NCBI GenBank assembly: GCA_963665115.1
Contig: OY762007.1
Location: forward strand, 7,360,001-7,424,000
Direction: 5' to 3'
Source: an uncultured Rivularia sp.
GTDB lineage: Bacteria; Cyanobacteriota; Cyanobacteriia; Cyanobacteriales; Nostocaceae
DNA: 64,000 nt
Shown here: piece by piece, positions 44,432 through 55,549 of the stretch
How the letters are laid out: every line of letters begins with the position of its first letter
Numbering within the stretch: position 1 is the stretch's first letter
Notes under the pieces: generated by a model
Database searches by the model: none
The model's input: only the letters and a program-made list of their open reading frames with translations
What the model was told of the DNA's origin: nothing
Made by a program: the position numbers and the translations under genes

Positions 44432-46318
44432 ATGAAATTCTCTTGGAGAGTCCTAGTTCTTTGGACCTTGCCTGCTTTAGTGATAGGCTTTTTCTTTTGG
44501 CAAGGAGCGTTTGCGAATACTCCTGCTGATATGGGTAAAAATGCAGCTAGCACTCGCATGACCTACGGTCGTTTTCTGGAATACTTAGACGCTGGTCGAG
44601 TGACGATGGTGGATTTGTATGAAGGTGGTAGAACGGCGATTGTAGAAGCTGTTGATCCTGACCTTGATGGCCGGATTCAGCGCGTCCGCGTTGATTTACC
44701 TGCTAGCGCTCCAGAATTGATTACTAAGCTCAAGGAAGAAAACGTCAGCTTTGATGCCCATCCGGCAAGAAATGATGGAGCTATCTGGGGATTATTAGGC
44801 AATTTAGTTTTTCCAATCTTATTGATTGGCGGACTGTTCCTTTTGTTCCGTCGTTCCAGCAATCTTCCAGGTGGTCCAGGACAAGCCATGAATTTTGGTA
44901 AATCTCGGGCACGTTTCCAAATGGAAGCGAAAACTGGGGTGATGTTTGATGATGTAGCCGGAATTGAAGAAGCTAAGGAAGAACTTGGTGAAGTTGTTAC
45001 CTTCCTTAAGCAGCCTGAGAAGTTTACTGCTGTAGGCGCACGCATTCCCAAAGGTGTATTGTTAGTAGGACCTCCGGGAACTGGTAAAACCTTACTAGCA
45101 AAAGCAATTGCTGGTGAAGCTGGCGTACCTTTCTTCAGTATTTCTGGTTCCGAGTTCGTGGAAATGTTTGTGGGTGTGGGTGCTTCCCGCGTTCGCGATT
45201 TGTTTAAGAAGGCTAAAGATAACGCTCCTTGCATCATCTTTATTGATGAAATTGATGCCGTGGGAAGACAGCGTGGTGCGGGTATCGGTGGTGGTAACGA
45301 TGAGCGCGAACAAACCCTCAACCAGTTACTAACTGAGATGGATGGTTTTGAAGGTAACACCGGCATCATTATTATTGCTGCTACCAACCGTCCCGACGTA
45401 TTAGACGCAGCATTATTACGTCCCGGACGCTTTGACAGACAGGTGATGGTTGATGCACCTGATATCAAAGGACGTTTGGAAATCTTGGAAGTCCACGCAC
45501 GCAACAAGAAATTAAGCCCAGACGTATCTTTAGAAGCGATCGCTCGCCGTACTCCCGGTTTCACTGGTGCGGATTTAGCTAACTTGCTTAACGAAGCAGC
45601 GATTCTTACTGCCAGACGGCGTAAAGAAGGTATTACCCTAACAGAAATTGATGACGCTGTAGATCGGGTAGTTGCCGGTATGGAAGGCACACCTTTGGTA
45701 GACAGTAAGAGCAAGCGCTTGATTGCTTACCATGAAGTTGGTCATGCTTTAGTTGGAACTTTAATCAAAGACCACGACCCAGTACAAAAAGTTACCTTGA
45801 TTCCTCGCGGACAGGCACAGGGTTTAACTTGGTTTACTCCTAGTGAAGACCAGGGTTTAATTAGCCGCTCTCAGTTGAAAGCGAGAATTGCTGGAGCTTT
45901 AGGCGGGCGTGCTGCCGAACAAGTAATTTTTGGCAGAGGTGAAATTACTACTGGTGCCGGAAATGACCTGCAACAGGTAACTGGTATGGCACGACAAATG
46001 GTAACAAGATTCGGGATGTCCAATTTGGGACCATTGTCATTAGAAAGTCAGCAGGGAGAAGTATTCCTTGGTCGCGACTGGACTACACGCTCCGAATATT
46101 CTGAATCAATTGCAGCTCGTATTGATTCTCAAGTTCGTTCAATTGTTGAAGAACAGTATCAAGCTACTTTACAAATGATGCGCGAAAATCGCAGCTTGAT
46201 GGATAGATTAGTCGATTTACTAATTGAAAAAGAAACCATTGATGGTGATGAGTTTCGTCAAATTGTGGCTGAGTACGCCGAAGTACCAGAAAAACCACAA
46301 TATATTCCATCTTTGTAA
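44432..46318 (+). CDS. ftsH: ATP-dependent zinc metalloprotease FtsH (FtsH2-type)
   Basis: [31 protein letters not shown]; lumenal [11 protein letters not shown]. Confidence 0.97.
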   Translation: MKFSWRVLVLWTLPALVIGFFFWQGAFANTPADMGKNAASTRMTYGRFLEYLDAGRVTMVDLYEGGRTAIVEAVDPDLDGRIQRVRVDLPASAPELITKLKEENVSFDAHPARNDGAIWGLLGNLVFPILLIGGLFLLFRRSSNLPGGPGQAMNFGKSRARFQMEAKTGVMFDDVAGIEEAKEELGEVVTFLKQPEKFTAVGARIPKGVLLVGPPGTGKTLLAKAIAGEAGVPFFSISGSEFVEMFVGVGASRVRDLFKKAKDNAPCIIFIDEIDAVGRQRGAGIGGGNDEREQTLNQLLTEMDGFEGNTGIIIIAATNRPDVLDAALLRPGRFDRQVMVDAPDIKGRLEILEVHARNKKLSPDVSLEAIARRTPGFTGADLANLLNEAAILTARRRKEGITLTEIDDAVDRVVAGMEGTPLVDSKSKRLIAYHEVGHALVGTLIKDHDPVQKVTLIPRGQAQGLTWFTPSEDQGLISRSQLKARIAGALGGRAAEQVIFGRGEITTGAGNDLQQVTGMARQMVTRFGMSNLGPLSLESQQGEVFLGRDWTTRSEYSESIAARIDSQVRSIVEEQYQATLQMMRENRSLMDRLVDLLIEKETIDGDEFRQIVAEYAEVPEKPQYIPSL

Positions 46319-46383
46319 TATTTTTTAATTCAGTTTCTCACATTTGAGAAGATTGGTTGATAAAAGTTGAAGAGTAAAAAAAC

Positions 46384-46418
46384 AAGGGGATGCGATATCA
46401 TCGCGTCCTTCTTTTTTT
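46384..46418 (+). terminator. Intrinsic terminator after ftsH
   Basis: aaggggatgcgat-atc-atcgcgtccttc followed by a T run. Confidence 0.75.
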
Positions 46419-46439
46419 GCGATAAAAATCGAAAATTGT

Positions 46440-46586
46440 GTAGAGACGTTGCACTGCTACGTCTTCACATATTTTGGTTGGTATTGAGAGATTTTAGTTA
46501 AATAGTATAACCAGTCGAAAATATTTGTATTAGTTATTGGTTGGGAAACCAGATTATTGACAGACGTAGCACTGCTACATCTCTAC
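46440..46586. repeat. Inverted pair of GTAGAGACG-type REP-like palindromes
   Basis: gtagagacgttgcactgctacgtct and agacgtagcactgctacatctctac; another copy at 63630-63655. Confidence 0.8.
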
Positions 46587-46825
46587 ATTTTTGATGGGAG
46601 TGTTATTAAAAAGATGAATATGGGAACAATATTTACAAGTTAATTAAAATCTAATTTTTACAGCCTGCTGTTTATTCAAATTTTTAATGTCACCATCCAA
46701 GGCAATTCACGATCTACCTGTTAAATTCAACCGCACATTGTTAATTACGATGGTGGTGCTGCCAAACATTGATCGACAGCTGTTCTCGTATATTTGATTA
46801 TCAATCCAAAATCTAAAATCGAATT

Positions 46826-48112
46826 ATGCCTTCCAATTCAATTCTCATCGTTGACGATACACCTAATAATATCCGCCTTTTGTTCGATGTTTTGGACAGC
46901 GCCGGATTTGATATTTCTGTCGTTAGAAATGGCGAAACAGCTTTAGAAAAACTGCATCATATTCAACCGGATTTAATTCTGCTTGATGTAATGATGCCAG
47001 GAATCGACGGTTTTGAAACTTGTCGTCGTATCAAGTCTAATCCCGAAACGCGGGAAATACCGATCATTTTTATGACGGCTCTTTCCGACACCGAACATAA
47101 AGTAGGTGGCTTACAAATAGGTGCAATTGACTATATCACGAAACCGATTCAAGTTGAGGAAGTTTTAGCAAGAGTAAACGTACATTTGAATTTACGAAAT
47201 GTTCAACTCCAAGTTCAGCAGGAAGTAGTCGAACGCAAAAAAACAGAAGTCGAACTCAGACAAACTCTTGCTTCTATGCAACAAATGCAAACACAATTAA
47301 TTCAAAGCGAGAAAATGTCTGCTTTAGGAAACTTAGTGGCCGGAGTTGCTCACGAAATCAATAATCCTTTGGGTTTTCTCAATGGCAGTATCCGCAATGC
47401 TACAGACAACGTAAAAGATCTATTTGAACATATACAGCTATATCAGCAGGAATGCTCAAGTCCTACAGATAAAATTACCAAACACGCTGAAGAGATTGAT
47501 TTAGAATATATTAAGGAAGATTTACCGCAAATTTTTGATGCGATGCAGAAAGCCACAAATCGCATTCAAAGTATTAGTAATAGTCTGCGTACTTTCTCCA
47601 GAGGTGATACTCAGTGCAAAGTCAGCGCTAACTTACATGAAGGAATTGATAGCACTATTTTAATTTTAAAATATCGTCTTAAAGCAAATGACAAGCGTCC
47701 AGCAATTGAGGTTACAACCGAGTATGACGTTCTACCTGAAATTAAATATTTCCCAGGGCAATTAAATCAAGTATTTATGAATATTTTAGCAAATGCTATT
47801 GATGCATTAGAAGAGTCAAATAAAGGATTAAGTTTTAAAGAAATAGAACTTAATCCCAACAGAATTATTATAAAAACTTATTTAGAGAATAATTACATTA
47901 AAATTAGTATTGCTGATAACGGTAAAGGAATGCCTGAAGAGATAAAACATAAGATATTCGACCATTTATTTACGACTAAGGAAGTTGGAAAAGGTACGGG
48001 ATTGGGATTATCTATAGCTCGCCAAATTCTTGTAGAAAAGCATGGCGGTAATTTAGAAGTAAATTCGGAATTGGGTAAAGGAACTGAGTTTGTAATTGCA
48101 ATTCCTATTTGA
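46826..48112 (+). CDS. Hybrid response regulator/histidine kinase
   Basis: ILIVDD, LLDVMMP, KP receiver; VAHEINNP H-box, NILANAID, DNGKG, GKGTGLGL. Confidence 0.94.
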   Translation: MPSNSILIVDDTPNNIRLLFDVLDSAGFDISVVRNGETALEKLHHIQPDLILLDVMMPGIDGFETCRRIKSNPETREIPIIFMTALSDTEHKVGGLQIGAIDYITKPIQVEEVLARVNVHLNLRNVQLQVQQEVVERKKTEVELRQTLASMQQMQTQLIQSEKMSALGNLVAGVAHEINNPLGFLNGSIRNATDNVKDLFEHIQLYQQECSSPTDKITKHAEEIDLEYIKEDLPQIFDAMQKATNRIQSISNSLRTFSRGDTQCKVSANLHEGIDSTILILKYRLKANDKRPAIEVTTEYDVLPEIKYFPGQLNQVFMNILANAIDALEESNKGLSFKEIELNPNRIIIKTYLENNYIKISIADNGKGMPEEIKHKIFDHLFTTKEVGKGTGLGLSIARQILVEKHGGNLEVNSELGKGTEFVIAIPI

Positions 48113-48165
48113 TGAAGATGGTTTAATTTGATTGTTCCGTAATTGTTAAGTAAATGGTTATACTC

Positions 48166-48255
48166 CTAGTACAGTACGGCGTAAATAAAGCACCCATTTA
48201 AAAAGTTTGAAAGCCTTATCATATAATACTTTTTACTTCCGCGCAGCGGTACTAG
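48166..48255. mobile_element. MITE-like dispersed repeat
   Basis: Ends ctagtac...gtactag with imperfect inner arms. Confidence 0.55.
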
Positions 48256-48389
48256 TCACTTGGCTGTTTTGGCAAAGGAAAACTCAACAGGTAATGCAGG
48301 AGATTTAAATATTGCTGCTGGTAATTTATAACAATATTAAAATCAGTAAAATGGAAAAATACAAACGATGTTTTAATAGAAAGTTTTTA

Positions 48390-49715
48390 CTAAAGAATGC
48401 TATCCAAATTTTGATAAAAATACGAGCGATATAATTCTCTACTCACAATTGCACCATCGGCAGTTAATTTAACTAATCCAATACTTTCTAATTTATAGGC
48501 AACTGTAGGTGGAAGATTTACGGTTGTTTGCCCTGTCAGCATTTCGGTGAATGTTGCTGCTAAATCGGGATTTTTTTGTAAACAATCCAACTTTTCTCGT
48601 AAATGATGCCGAAAAATGCCTCTTTCCGTACTTGCTTGTTCTAATAACTGCTCTAAATTTAATTCTTGTTGACTTAAATTGTAAAGTGCAATATTAATTA
48701 AATTCGGTTGTCCACCTATTACTTCCATTAATTTTATAGCTTGATTATTTTGTTGCCAATCTAACCCGTAACGTGCTGCTAATTCTTCTATTTGCTCAAG
48801 CGTAAAATCGGGTATTTGGATGGGTAATCCAATATTAAATGGCGAATGATTCAAGTCTAAAGGGACATAAATATCGGTAGAATAATCTAGGATTAAGCGC
48901 AATTTGTGCCAAACGGGGTTGTACTGTGCATTTTCATGCCAAGAACGTAATAATGATAAGAATTCTTGAGCTAATTTTCGATATTCAAAAACAAGATTGA
49001 GTTCGTCGAATGATAAAACCAAGGGGCTATTGAGAGCTTCTAATATATAAGCCTGGAAATAAAGATTGCAGCTTAATTTACTACCAATTTCTTCATCCCA
49101 ACATTCATCAAGCTGAGGTTCGAGATCCAAACTTTTTGAAATAATACTGCACAACCAGCGTAAAAAAATATCTAAATCTAGAAACTTGTCGGCATCTACT
49201 AAATTTAAATCTATATGTACTGTATAGTAACTTAATGATTTTGCATAATCTAAAGCTCTAAATTTTAAAGAAGTTTTTCCCATTCCTTTGGGAGCTTTGA
49301 TGCGAATCATACATCCGGCACGGGAGATTTCCCGATTCATTAATTCCTCAATCGGGGGACGGGGAATATACAATTTGGAATAGAGCGATACTGGTCCGCT
49401 GAGATATTCTATATCCTTAATTTGTTCTACTTCTTCCCAAATGTTGTAATCAGAATCGATTAATTCCAAATCAAAAGCGGTAAAGCATAGTTTCACCGAT
49501 CGCGAATCTAATCCCGTTTTCAAAGACCACAATCGCGATAGTGTATTAGTGGAAACACCGATGCGGTTGCTTAATTCTTCTTGAGTAAAACGTCTACCAT
49601 CATTTTCTTGCAACTGGGCTGCCTGTATCGCTGCTTGCAGTCGTTTCAATCCCGTTGTAGTCAGTACTATACCTCGCCTTCGCCTCTGTCTTGTAGCCTC
49701 CATTTCGGTAAACAC
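48390..49715 (-). CDS. XRE-type HTH plus AAA-like ATPase regulator
   Basis: RRRGIVLT...TQEELSNRIGVSTNTLSRL; YIPRPPIE, APKGMGKTSL, LRSWHE, SPFNIG. Confidence 0.85.
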   Translation of the reverse strand: MFTEMEATRQRRRRGIVLTTTGLKRLQAAIQAAQLQENDGRRFTQEELSNRIGVSTNTLSRLWSLKTGLDSRSVKLCFTAFDLELIDSDYNIWEEVEQIKDIEYLSGPVSLYSKLYIPRPPIEELMNREISRAGCMIRIKAPKGMGKTSLKFRALDYAKSLSYYTVHIDLNLVDADKFLDLDIFLRWLCSIISKSLDLEPQLDECWDEEIGSKLSCNLYFQAYILEALNSPLVLSFDELNLVFEYRKLAQEFLSLLRSWHENAQYNPVWHKLRLILDYSTDIYVPLDLNHSPFNIGLPIQIPDFTLEQIEELAARYGLDWQQNNQAIKLMEVIGGQPNLINIALYNLSQQELNLEQLLEQASTERGIFRHHLREKLDCLQKNPDLAATFTEMLTGQTTVNLPPTVAYKLESIGLVKLTADGAIVSRELYRSYFYQNLDSIL

Positions 49716-50213
49716 CTTTCGCAGCTTGCACCAAAAATATTAACGTATTAGCTAGCGCTTGACTGCTTTAGTACTACCAAATTATCAAATGGTTGTATGG
49801 TTTCTTAAGGAATGAGGCTTTATGCTTCAAAACAATAAATATCTTCAATGAATTCTTAACTGGCTTAACTGCTATTGAAGGCGATTATTTGTATATGCCA
49901 AAATAAAGATTCAATCAAATACCCAATTTACTAGCAAACCGAATAGTTTTCTTCCCTGGAAGACTATCAATGTGTTAAATGTGTTCCCTATATACCGCCA
50001 GATTACTCCAAGTAATCTGGCGGTATAAAAATTATTAATGTTGTTTTGAAATTATACTTAATACCTCGCGAGGAATAGATTAAATATGATATCTTACAGC
50101 ATTCTTAATAAGGTTAAAGAAACCGGGAATGGAGTTATTGGTGCAAGATGTTAGTTAAATTAATTTCTTCTCCTCCTAATCTCTGTTCCCTGTTCCCTAC
50201 TCCCTGTATTTAA

Positions 50214-51119
50214 TTACTTTTCGCGAATATCTTGATGGGAGTCTATAACTAATCGCATAGTTTCCACAGTGAGTTCCCGTAAATCCCGATTCAAAGGAAT
50301 TGCTCCCCTCTCCCCAAACCAGCGATCGAATATGGTTACATATTTACTTTCATTATTTACAAAACCTTGCATAAACCCGTAGAAGGTAAAGTTTACGGTA
50401 TCGAGAAAATCGGAATTATTTTCGGGAACCATACAGGCAATACCTTCTCTAGAGTAGGGACGATCTGGTACTACTTGATAAGTATTAAAATTTTGTTTTT
50501 GACCCAACCAAGCTTCTAAAAGAATACCATCGTCAGCAAAAGCATCTATTTTTCCTTGCTGCAAAGCTGTATATCCTTGCCATCTATCTTTGAGATATAC
50601 CAATTTGGCTTGTGGTTGCGCCTGCTCAATAGCCTTTTCGTTCGTGGTTTTTGCTAAAACTCCGATTCTCTTACCAATTAAGCTTTTTGGAGAACTCAAA
50701 TTACTTCCTTTCTTAACTAATAATTTAGTACCAGTAGCACCATAGCTAAAGGAAAAATCCACATTTTTATTCCGCTCCCAGGTAAAGCTGCTGGCATCGC
50801 AAACGATATCAACTTTTCTATTAACTATATTAGGAATGCGTCCAGATGGGGGGAGTGCAACTAATTTAAGTTGCACTTTTTTACCCAATTCTTTTTCTAA
50901 TTGCTGCTGGATAAGTTTGAGCATATCCACAGAATAACCAATCAATTGCCCTTCTCTATCTTTATAAGCAAAAGGGAAAGCATCTTTACTTGTTCCTGCT
51001 GTCAGTACACCCGTGCGTTTTACCTTTTCCATCACAGTTTCTGCGGAAGCAACACTGGGTAGCGCTGCTGTTAATAGCATCAAAGAACTTATTGCTGCAA
51101 TTGCAATTTTTTTAGACAT
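50214..51119 (-). CDS. Amino-acid ABC-type substrate-binding protein (family 3; orphan, GrrP-like)
   Basis: Signal peptide, PFAY, GYSVD, VDIVC...FTWER...VDFS; no permease nearby; RBS before MSKK. Confidence 0.85.
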   Translation of the reverse strand: MSKKIAIAAISSLMLLTAALPSVASAETVMEKVKRTGVLTAGTSKDAFPFAYKDREGQLIGYSVDMLKLIQQQLEKELGKKVQLKLVALPPSGRIPNIVNRKVDIVCDASSFTWERNKNVDFSFSYGATGTKLLVKKGSNLSSPKSLIGKRIGVLAKTTNEKAIEQAQPQAKLVYLKDRWQGYTALQQGKIDAFADDGILLEAWLGQKQNFNTYQVVPDRPYSREGIACMVPENNSDFLDTVNFTFYGFMQGFVNNESKYVTIFDRWFGERGAIPLNRDLRELTVETMRLVIDSHQDIREK

Positions 51120-51289
51120 CCTCACTCCTCGTACCACCAGGGTTGACTTTTAAATTTCCACGTAGGTTAAAAATACAGTAATTACCCTGTAAGATTACAA
51201 GTTAAGATGATACAAGTCACAATTTTTTATATTTTTACATCGATTAAATAAAAATAAATAAAATACAAGGTAATAATTTATTCAAAACT

Positions 51290-53149
51290 ATGGAAAATAT
51301 AATCATATTTGTAGTATGGGTCACAATTGGCTTTACTGTTTATTGGTTTCTTTCTAAAAAGTCTGTAAAAAGCAAATCATCGAACTATAAAATCAACAGT
51401 AACTCGCCCTTATTCCATAGTGATTATTATCCGATCGATCAAACAGTTAATCGACAATATCAACCTGTTGCAGAATGGAGCGGCCGTTTAATTTTACCAG
51501 TCAAACCTCAAAACGAGTGTTTTGTCGAATTTGAAGTTCAAAATGCTCCCGATTTATATATGCATCTGCTCGGTAAGGTTGTGAAGTTGAAGTGGAGTAA
51601 CGATACCTTAGTGCAAGAATATGTGAAACGGGTAAGCTTTGACGTTAATTTTTCTAAGCAAGCTAAGAAAAGTCATCAAAGAGGTTTTGTTCATCCCGTA
51701 AGATTGGATGGACGTTCTCAGGTCGATCCTTTAGAATCTTTAGCAGGTGCAAGGACGATGGATGATGTCTGCGTTATGCTATTGCAACCGGAAGTGGAAA
51801 TAAATGCAGCAGGAGAAACGCAATTAATTATTAAAGAAGAACCCATTCAAATTACCGGGCGTTTAGTGGGTTTGGTAAAAATTTTAGCAAGAATAGAATC
51901 ACATAGCGATTTATTTAAAGTTTGTCACTACAACAAAGCAACTAAAAACTTTTACAAGGGAATTGAAGAAATAATTTGCATACCGCAAGTACCAAAAGAC
52001 ATAAAGGGCATTTCTCGTTCGAGTAATAAAGATATTGAAAAATCGCCACTGAATTTTCAAGGTTGGTATATTTACGGCGCACCCGATGCCAATGGTACTT
52101 TTGTCGTACAGGCTATTGAACCCCGCGTTTTAGTTAAGTTAGAACCCCAAAAAGTAATTACAAAATCTGAGGAAGTATTTAGATATATAAAACGAGGAAT
52201 ATGGGCAAAAATTAAATCGCAAAAAGGAAAGTGCCAGACAGTTTTATTAGCACCAAATAAAAAAGATGCAAAAAGCGCCGTATCTGAGTGGCATTTAGGC
52301 GATAAAGCTTTGACAATGCATTTATTTGGCGGTATCGGCGGTAAAAAAGCAGAAGCACCCGCTTGGCTTCCGGTTGCAGGTCACTTTTCCTACGGGATTG
52401 CAGAAGTTGTACGCGATCGCATTACGTCGGAATTACGTTTTGATATCGTTTACTATCAAGTTTATGGTCATAATGCAGACGGAATCATTTCGGGAAGTGT
52501 AACTTGGGCTACTTATATGGGTTCTTTGTGGCAGGGTTGGTTGGGAACTCGTCCGGTATGCGATATTCTAATAAAATACGAGCCGATAATTAGCAATTAT
52601 GATTTTGACGGAGTTAAATTATCTCCTTTAAATGAGTTTATTGAAGAACTTAGAGAAATTACAGCCCGTTACCGCGTCGGAGATGGAACTGGTGCATCAT
52701 TAATAACACCAACAGCTTCCTGCGTTCAAGATTCCAACCAAGCACTTTACGCCACAATTTACGATATACAAAAACTCGTTAAGTTAAATCCAACAATCAA
52801 CCAATGGTTAGAAAAACATCCCAAAGATAAGCAAACTCAGTATTTTAACGAATTAATATCTTTAGGAAACATTTTAGAAAAACAGTTAGTTCCTATGGGA
52901 GTTGTGCGGCGAGACTGGCGACAAAATGCAAAAGATTTATTTGGAACTAATAGTAAAAACAGCAATATTATTACAATTGCGATAAATATGCTCAAAAGTT
53001 GGCGAACCGTATTTCCCAAGAGAGCGCAAGACGAAACCACTAAAATTTTTCTCAAGCAAAATGCTATGGCATGGGTTTTAAGAAGCAATCAGGTAGGAGG
53101 TTTTGACGATAATATTGCACCTGTAGCGCCGACGACTCTTTTTAAGTAG
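51290..53149 (+). CDS. Conserved cyanobacterial protein resembling the soluble parts of large CAAX-protease-associated proteins
   Basis: N-terminal TM; GRLILP, HPVRLDG, HLFGGIGG, GHFSYG, SCVQDSNQALY recognised from memory; no multi-TM CAAX domain. Confidence 0.55.
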   Translation: MENIIIFVVWVTIGFTVYWFLSKKSVKSKSSNYKINSNSPLFHSDYYPIDQTVNRQYQPVAEWSGRLILPVKPQNECFVEFEVQNAPDLYMHLLGKVVKLKWSNDTLVQEYVKRVSFDVNFSKQAKKSHQRGFVHPVRLDGRSQVDPLESLAGARTMDDVCVMLLQPEVEINAAGETQLIIKEEPIQITGRLVGLVKILARIESHSDLFKVCHYNKATKNFYKGIEEIICIPQVPKDIKGISRSSNKDIEKSPLNFQGWYIYGAPDANGTFVVQAIEPRVLVKLEPQKVITKSEEVFRYIKRGIWAKIKSQKGKCQTVLLAPNKKDAKSAVSEWHLGDKALTMHLFGGIGGKKAEAPAWLPVAGHFSYGIAEVVRDRITSELRFDIVYYQVYGHNADGIISGSVTWATYMGSLWQGWLGTRPVCDILIKYEPIISNYDFDGVKLSPLNEFIEELREITARYRVGDGTGASLITPTASCVQDSNQALYATIYDIQKLVKLNPTINQWLEKHPKDKQTQYFNELISLGNILEKQLVPMGVVRRDWRQNAKDLFGTNSKNSNIITIAINMLKSWRTVFPKRAQDETTKIFLKQNAMAWVLRSNQVGGFDDNIAPVAPTTLFK

Positions 53150-53354
53150 GGGATTGGGAATTGGGGATTGGGAATTGGGGATTGGTGATGGGGTGATGAA
53201 TAGCGAGCGAGACGTATGTCCTTACGGACACGCTACGCTAACGCACTCCTAACCTTTAATTTTTGACCTTTGACCTTTAATTAACTTCTATTTTCGATCG
53301 TATTCGATAAAATTGCTAGGTACATTATTCTTTGCTTTAATTGCGATACGATTT

Positions 53355-53993
53355 ATGACTCTTAATTTATATTTTCTGCGACATGGAGAAACTACTTTTA
53401 GCCAAAGTGGTGATTTTTGCGGTGAAACTAATGCGGAGTTAACGTCAGAAGGGGTGCATATGGCGGAGGGTTTTGCTGATGCTTATAAGAAGCTGAAGTG
53501 GGAAGCTGTTTATGCTAGTCCGATGAAGCGTACTGTGGCGACTGCGAAACCGTTTTGCGATGCTACGGGAATTGATATGCAGCTACGCGATGGGCTTAGG
53601 GAAGGTAGTTATGGTGAATGGGAAGGTAAGAGTAAGGAATTTGCTCAAGAAAATTACGCCGAAAATTATATTAATTGGTTAACTGAACCCGCTTGGAATG
53701 CACCGAAGGGTGGAGAAACTGCGGAGGATATAGCTAACCGTGCGATGCCTGTAATTGCTGAGATTCAGAAGAAACATCCTCAAGGCAATGTTTTGGTGGT
53801 TTCTCATAAGGCAACGATTCGGATTATGCTTTGTAGTCTATTAGGTATTGATTTGGGGCGTTACCGTTACCGGATTAATATTTTAGTTGCGTCGGTGAGT
53901 ATGGTTAAGTTTGATGTTCATGGCCCTTTGTTGGAAGTTTTGGGCGATCGCTATCATATGCCCCAGGATATTCGCAATCGGAAAGGGACTTAA
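53355..53993 (+). CDS. Histidine phosphatase (PGM) family protein
   Basis: LRHGET, SPMKR, LREGSYGEWEG, VSH. Confidence 0.92.
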   Translation: MTLNLYFLRHGETTFSQSGDFCGETNAELTSEGVHMAEGFADAYKKLKWEAVYASPMKRTVATAKPFCDATGIDMQLRDGLREGSYGEWEGKSKEFAQENYAENYINWLTEPAWNAPKGGETAEDIANRAMPVIAEIQKKHPQGNVLVVSHKATIRIMLCSLLGIDLGRYRYRINILVASVSMVKFDVHGPLLEVLGDRYHMPQDIRNRKGT

Positions 53994-54092
53994 AATTTAG
54001 GGAATTGGGGATTGGGAATTAAAAGTACCTGGCGGTTGAAACCGCTGCTACATAGGCAAAACCCACCTGCGTGGGTTTATTAATTCTACGTG

Positions 54093-54157
54093 GTAGGGTG
54101 GGTTAGGCATTTTAATATATTCAAAGAGGTTGCAAATTAAAATTGCCGTAACCCACC
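54093..54157 (+). repeat. Large-loop GTAG REP-like hairpin; further copies at 56008-56074, 56124-56199 (inverted) and 56911-56979
   Basis: gtagggtgggttaggc...gccgtaacccacc; gtaggttggattaggttc...gaaccgtaagccaa; gtaggttgggttagacg...cgtcgtaacccaac. Confidence 0.8.
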
Positions 54158-54199
54158 ATTTATTTGCTGTTGAATAGAAGAAATATTTATTTTTTATTC

Positions 54200-55465
54200 A
54201 TGTTAAATACAAAGGATATTCGTCTAGTTCGCGCTTTTAATTCCTTGCAAGGTTTATCTGTGGGTGATGCTTTTGGGGAAAAGTTTTTTCTACATTCTGA
54301 TGTGGCTGAAAATATTATTGCAGCTCGCGCTATTCCGGCAGTGCCTTGGTACTATACCGACGATACCCAAATGGCATTATCAATTTATTGGATTTTGCGA
54401 GAATACGGCGAAATTAAGCAAGATGAATTAGCGAAAAGTTTTGCTCGCAGGTATGACGAGGAAAGGGGTTATGGTGCGGGTATGCAAAGGCTGCTATTAA
54501 GTATAAGCAAAGGTCAAAAATGGCAGGATTTAAGTTGTAATTCGTTTAATGGACAAGGCTCTTATGGTAATGGTGCGGCGATGCGGGTTGCTCCTTTGGG
54601 GGCTTTTTTTGCTGATGATTTGGATTTAGTCGTTGAGCAAGCTGCTAAAAGTGCGGAAGTTACTCACGCTCACTCTGAAGGTATTGCTGGTGCAGTTGCG
54701 GTTGCTGTGGCTGCGGCTTTTGCTTCTAAATTAAAGGATTCAAATAAACCGAATAAAACGGAATTTTTGGATTTGATTCTACCTTATATTCCAGAAAGTG
54801 AAGTAGCTGCAAAAGTTCGTCAAGCCAGAAATTTACGGGATGATATAGCAGTAAATTCGGCTGCTGCAATTTTAGGAAATGGCACCAAAGTTTCAGCGCA
54901 GGATACGGTAGCTTTTGCTTTGTGGTGTGCCGCTCAACATTTAGATAATTACCAAGAAGCGCTGTGGTTAACGGTTAGCGGTTTGGGAGATAGAGATACT
55001 ACTTGTGCGATCGCCGGTGGTATTGTGGCTTTGTATGCGGGTGTAGAAAGTATTCCGGATATATGGTTGGCAGCGCGAGAGGCTTTACCAAGGTGGATCG
55101 ATTTAGATCGGGAAGAGTTGGAAAAGGAAACGGTAATTTTATATCGTCCCGTGGGAGAGAAAGAATTAGTTTTAATTCAGGAAAGTGGTTATCGAGAATT
55201 TCCACCAAGATTGCCAGAGCAACCTATTTTTTATCCGGTATTAAATGAAGAGTATGCGATAGAAATTGCTCGCGATTGGAATGCTGTAGATAATAATATT
55301 GGTTATGTGACCAAGTTTGAAGTTAAAGCTGAGTTTTTGAGTAATTATTCAGTGCAGGTTGTTGGTGCTTCGCGACATCAGGAATATTGGATTCCTGCGG
55401 GTGATTTGTTGGAATTTAATTGTAATATAGTTGGTTTAATTGAGGTGGTTAAGAAGTTTGGATGA
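54200..55465 (+). CDS. ADP-ribosylglycohydrolase fused to an extra C-terminal domain of about 110 aa
   Basis: GDAFG, TDDT, GNGAAMR, TH, GDRDT; then LYRPVG...PIFYPVLNEEYA...EYWIP. Confidence 0.9.
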   Translation: MLNTKDIRLVRAFNSLQGLSVGDAFGEKFFLHSDVAENIIAARAIPAVPWYYTDDTQMALSIYWILREYGEIKQDELAKSFARRYDEERGYGAGMQRLLLSISKGQKWQDLSCNSFNGQGSYGNGAAMRVAPLGAFFADDLDLVVEQAAKSAEVTHAHSEGIAGAVAVAVAAAFASKLKDSNKPNKTEFLDLILPYIPESEVAAKVRQARNLRDDIAVNSAAAILGNGTKVSAQDTVAFALWCAAQHLDNYQEALWLTVSGLGDRDTTCAIAGGIVALYAGVESIPDIWLAAREALPRWIDLDREELEKETVILYRPVGEKELVLIQESGYREFPPRLPEQPIFYPVLNEEYAIEIARDWNAVDNNIGYVTKFEVKAEFLSNYSVQVVGASRHQEYWIPAGDLLEFNCNIVGLIEVVKKFG

Positions 55466-55549
55466 TTGGTTTTCTATCAAAGGATTAATGATTTAAAAAA
55501 CCCCAGAGGACGCAGAGGAAGCGAAGGAAAAAGATAAAGAGAGATAGTA

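Noticed and set aside
44677..45714. 345 aa ORF antisense to ftsH
   Set aside because: Shadow frame of a conserved, codon-biased gene.
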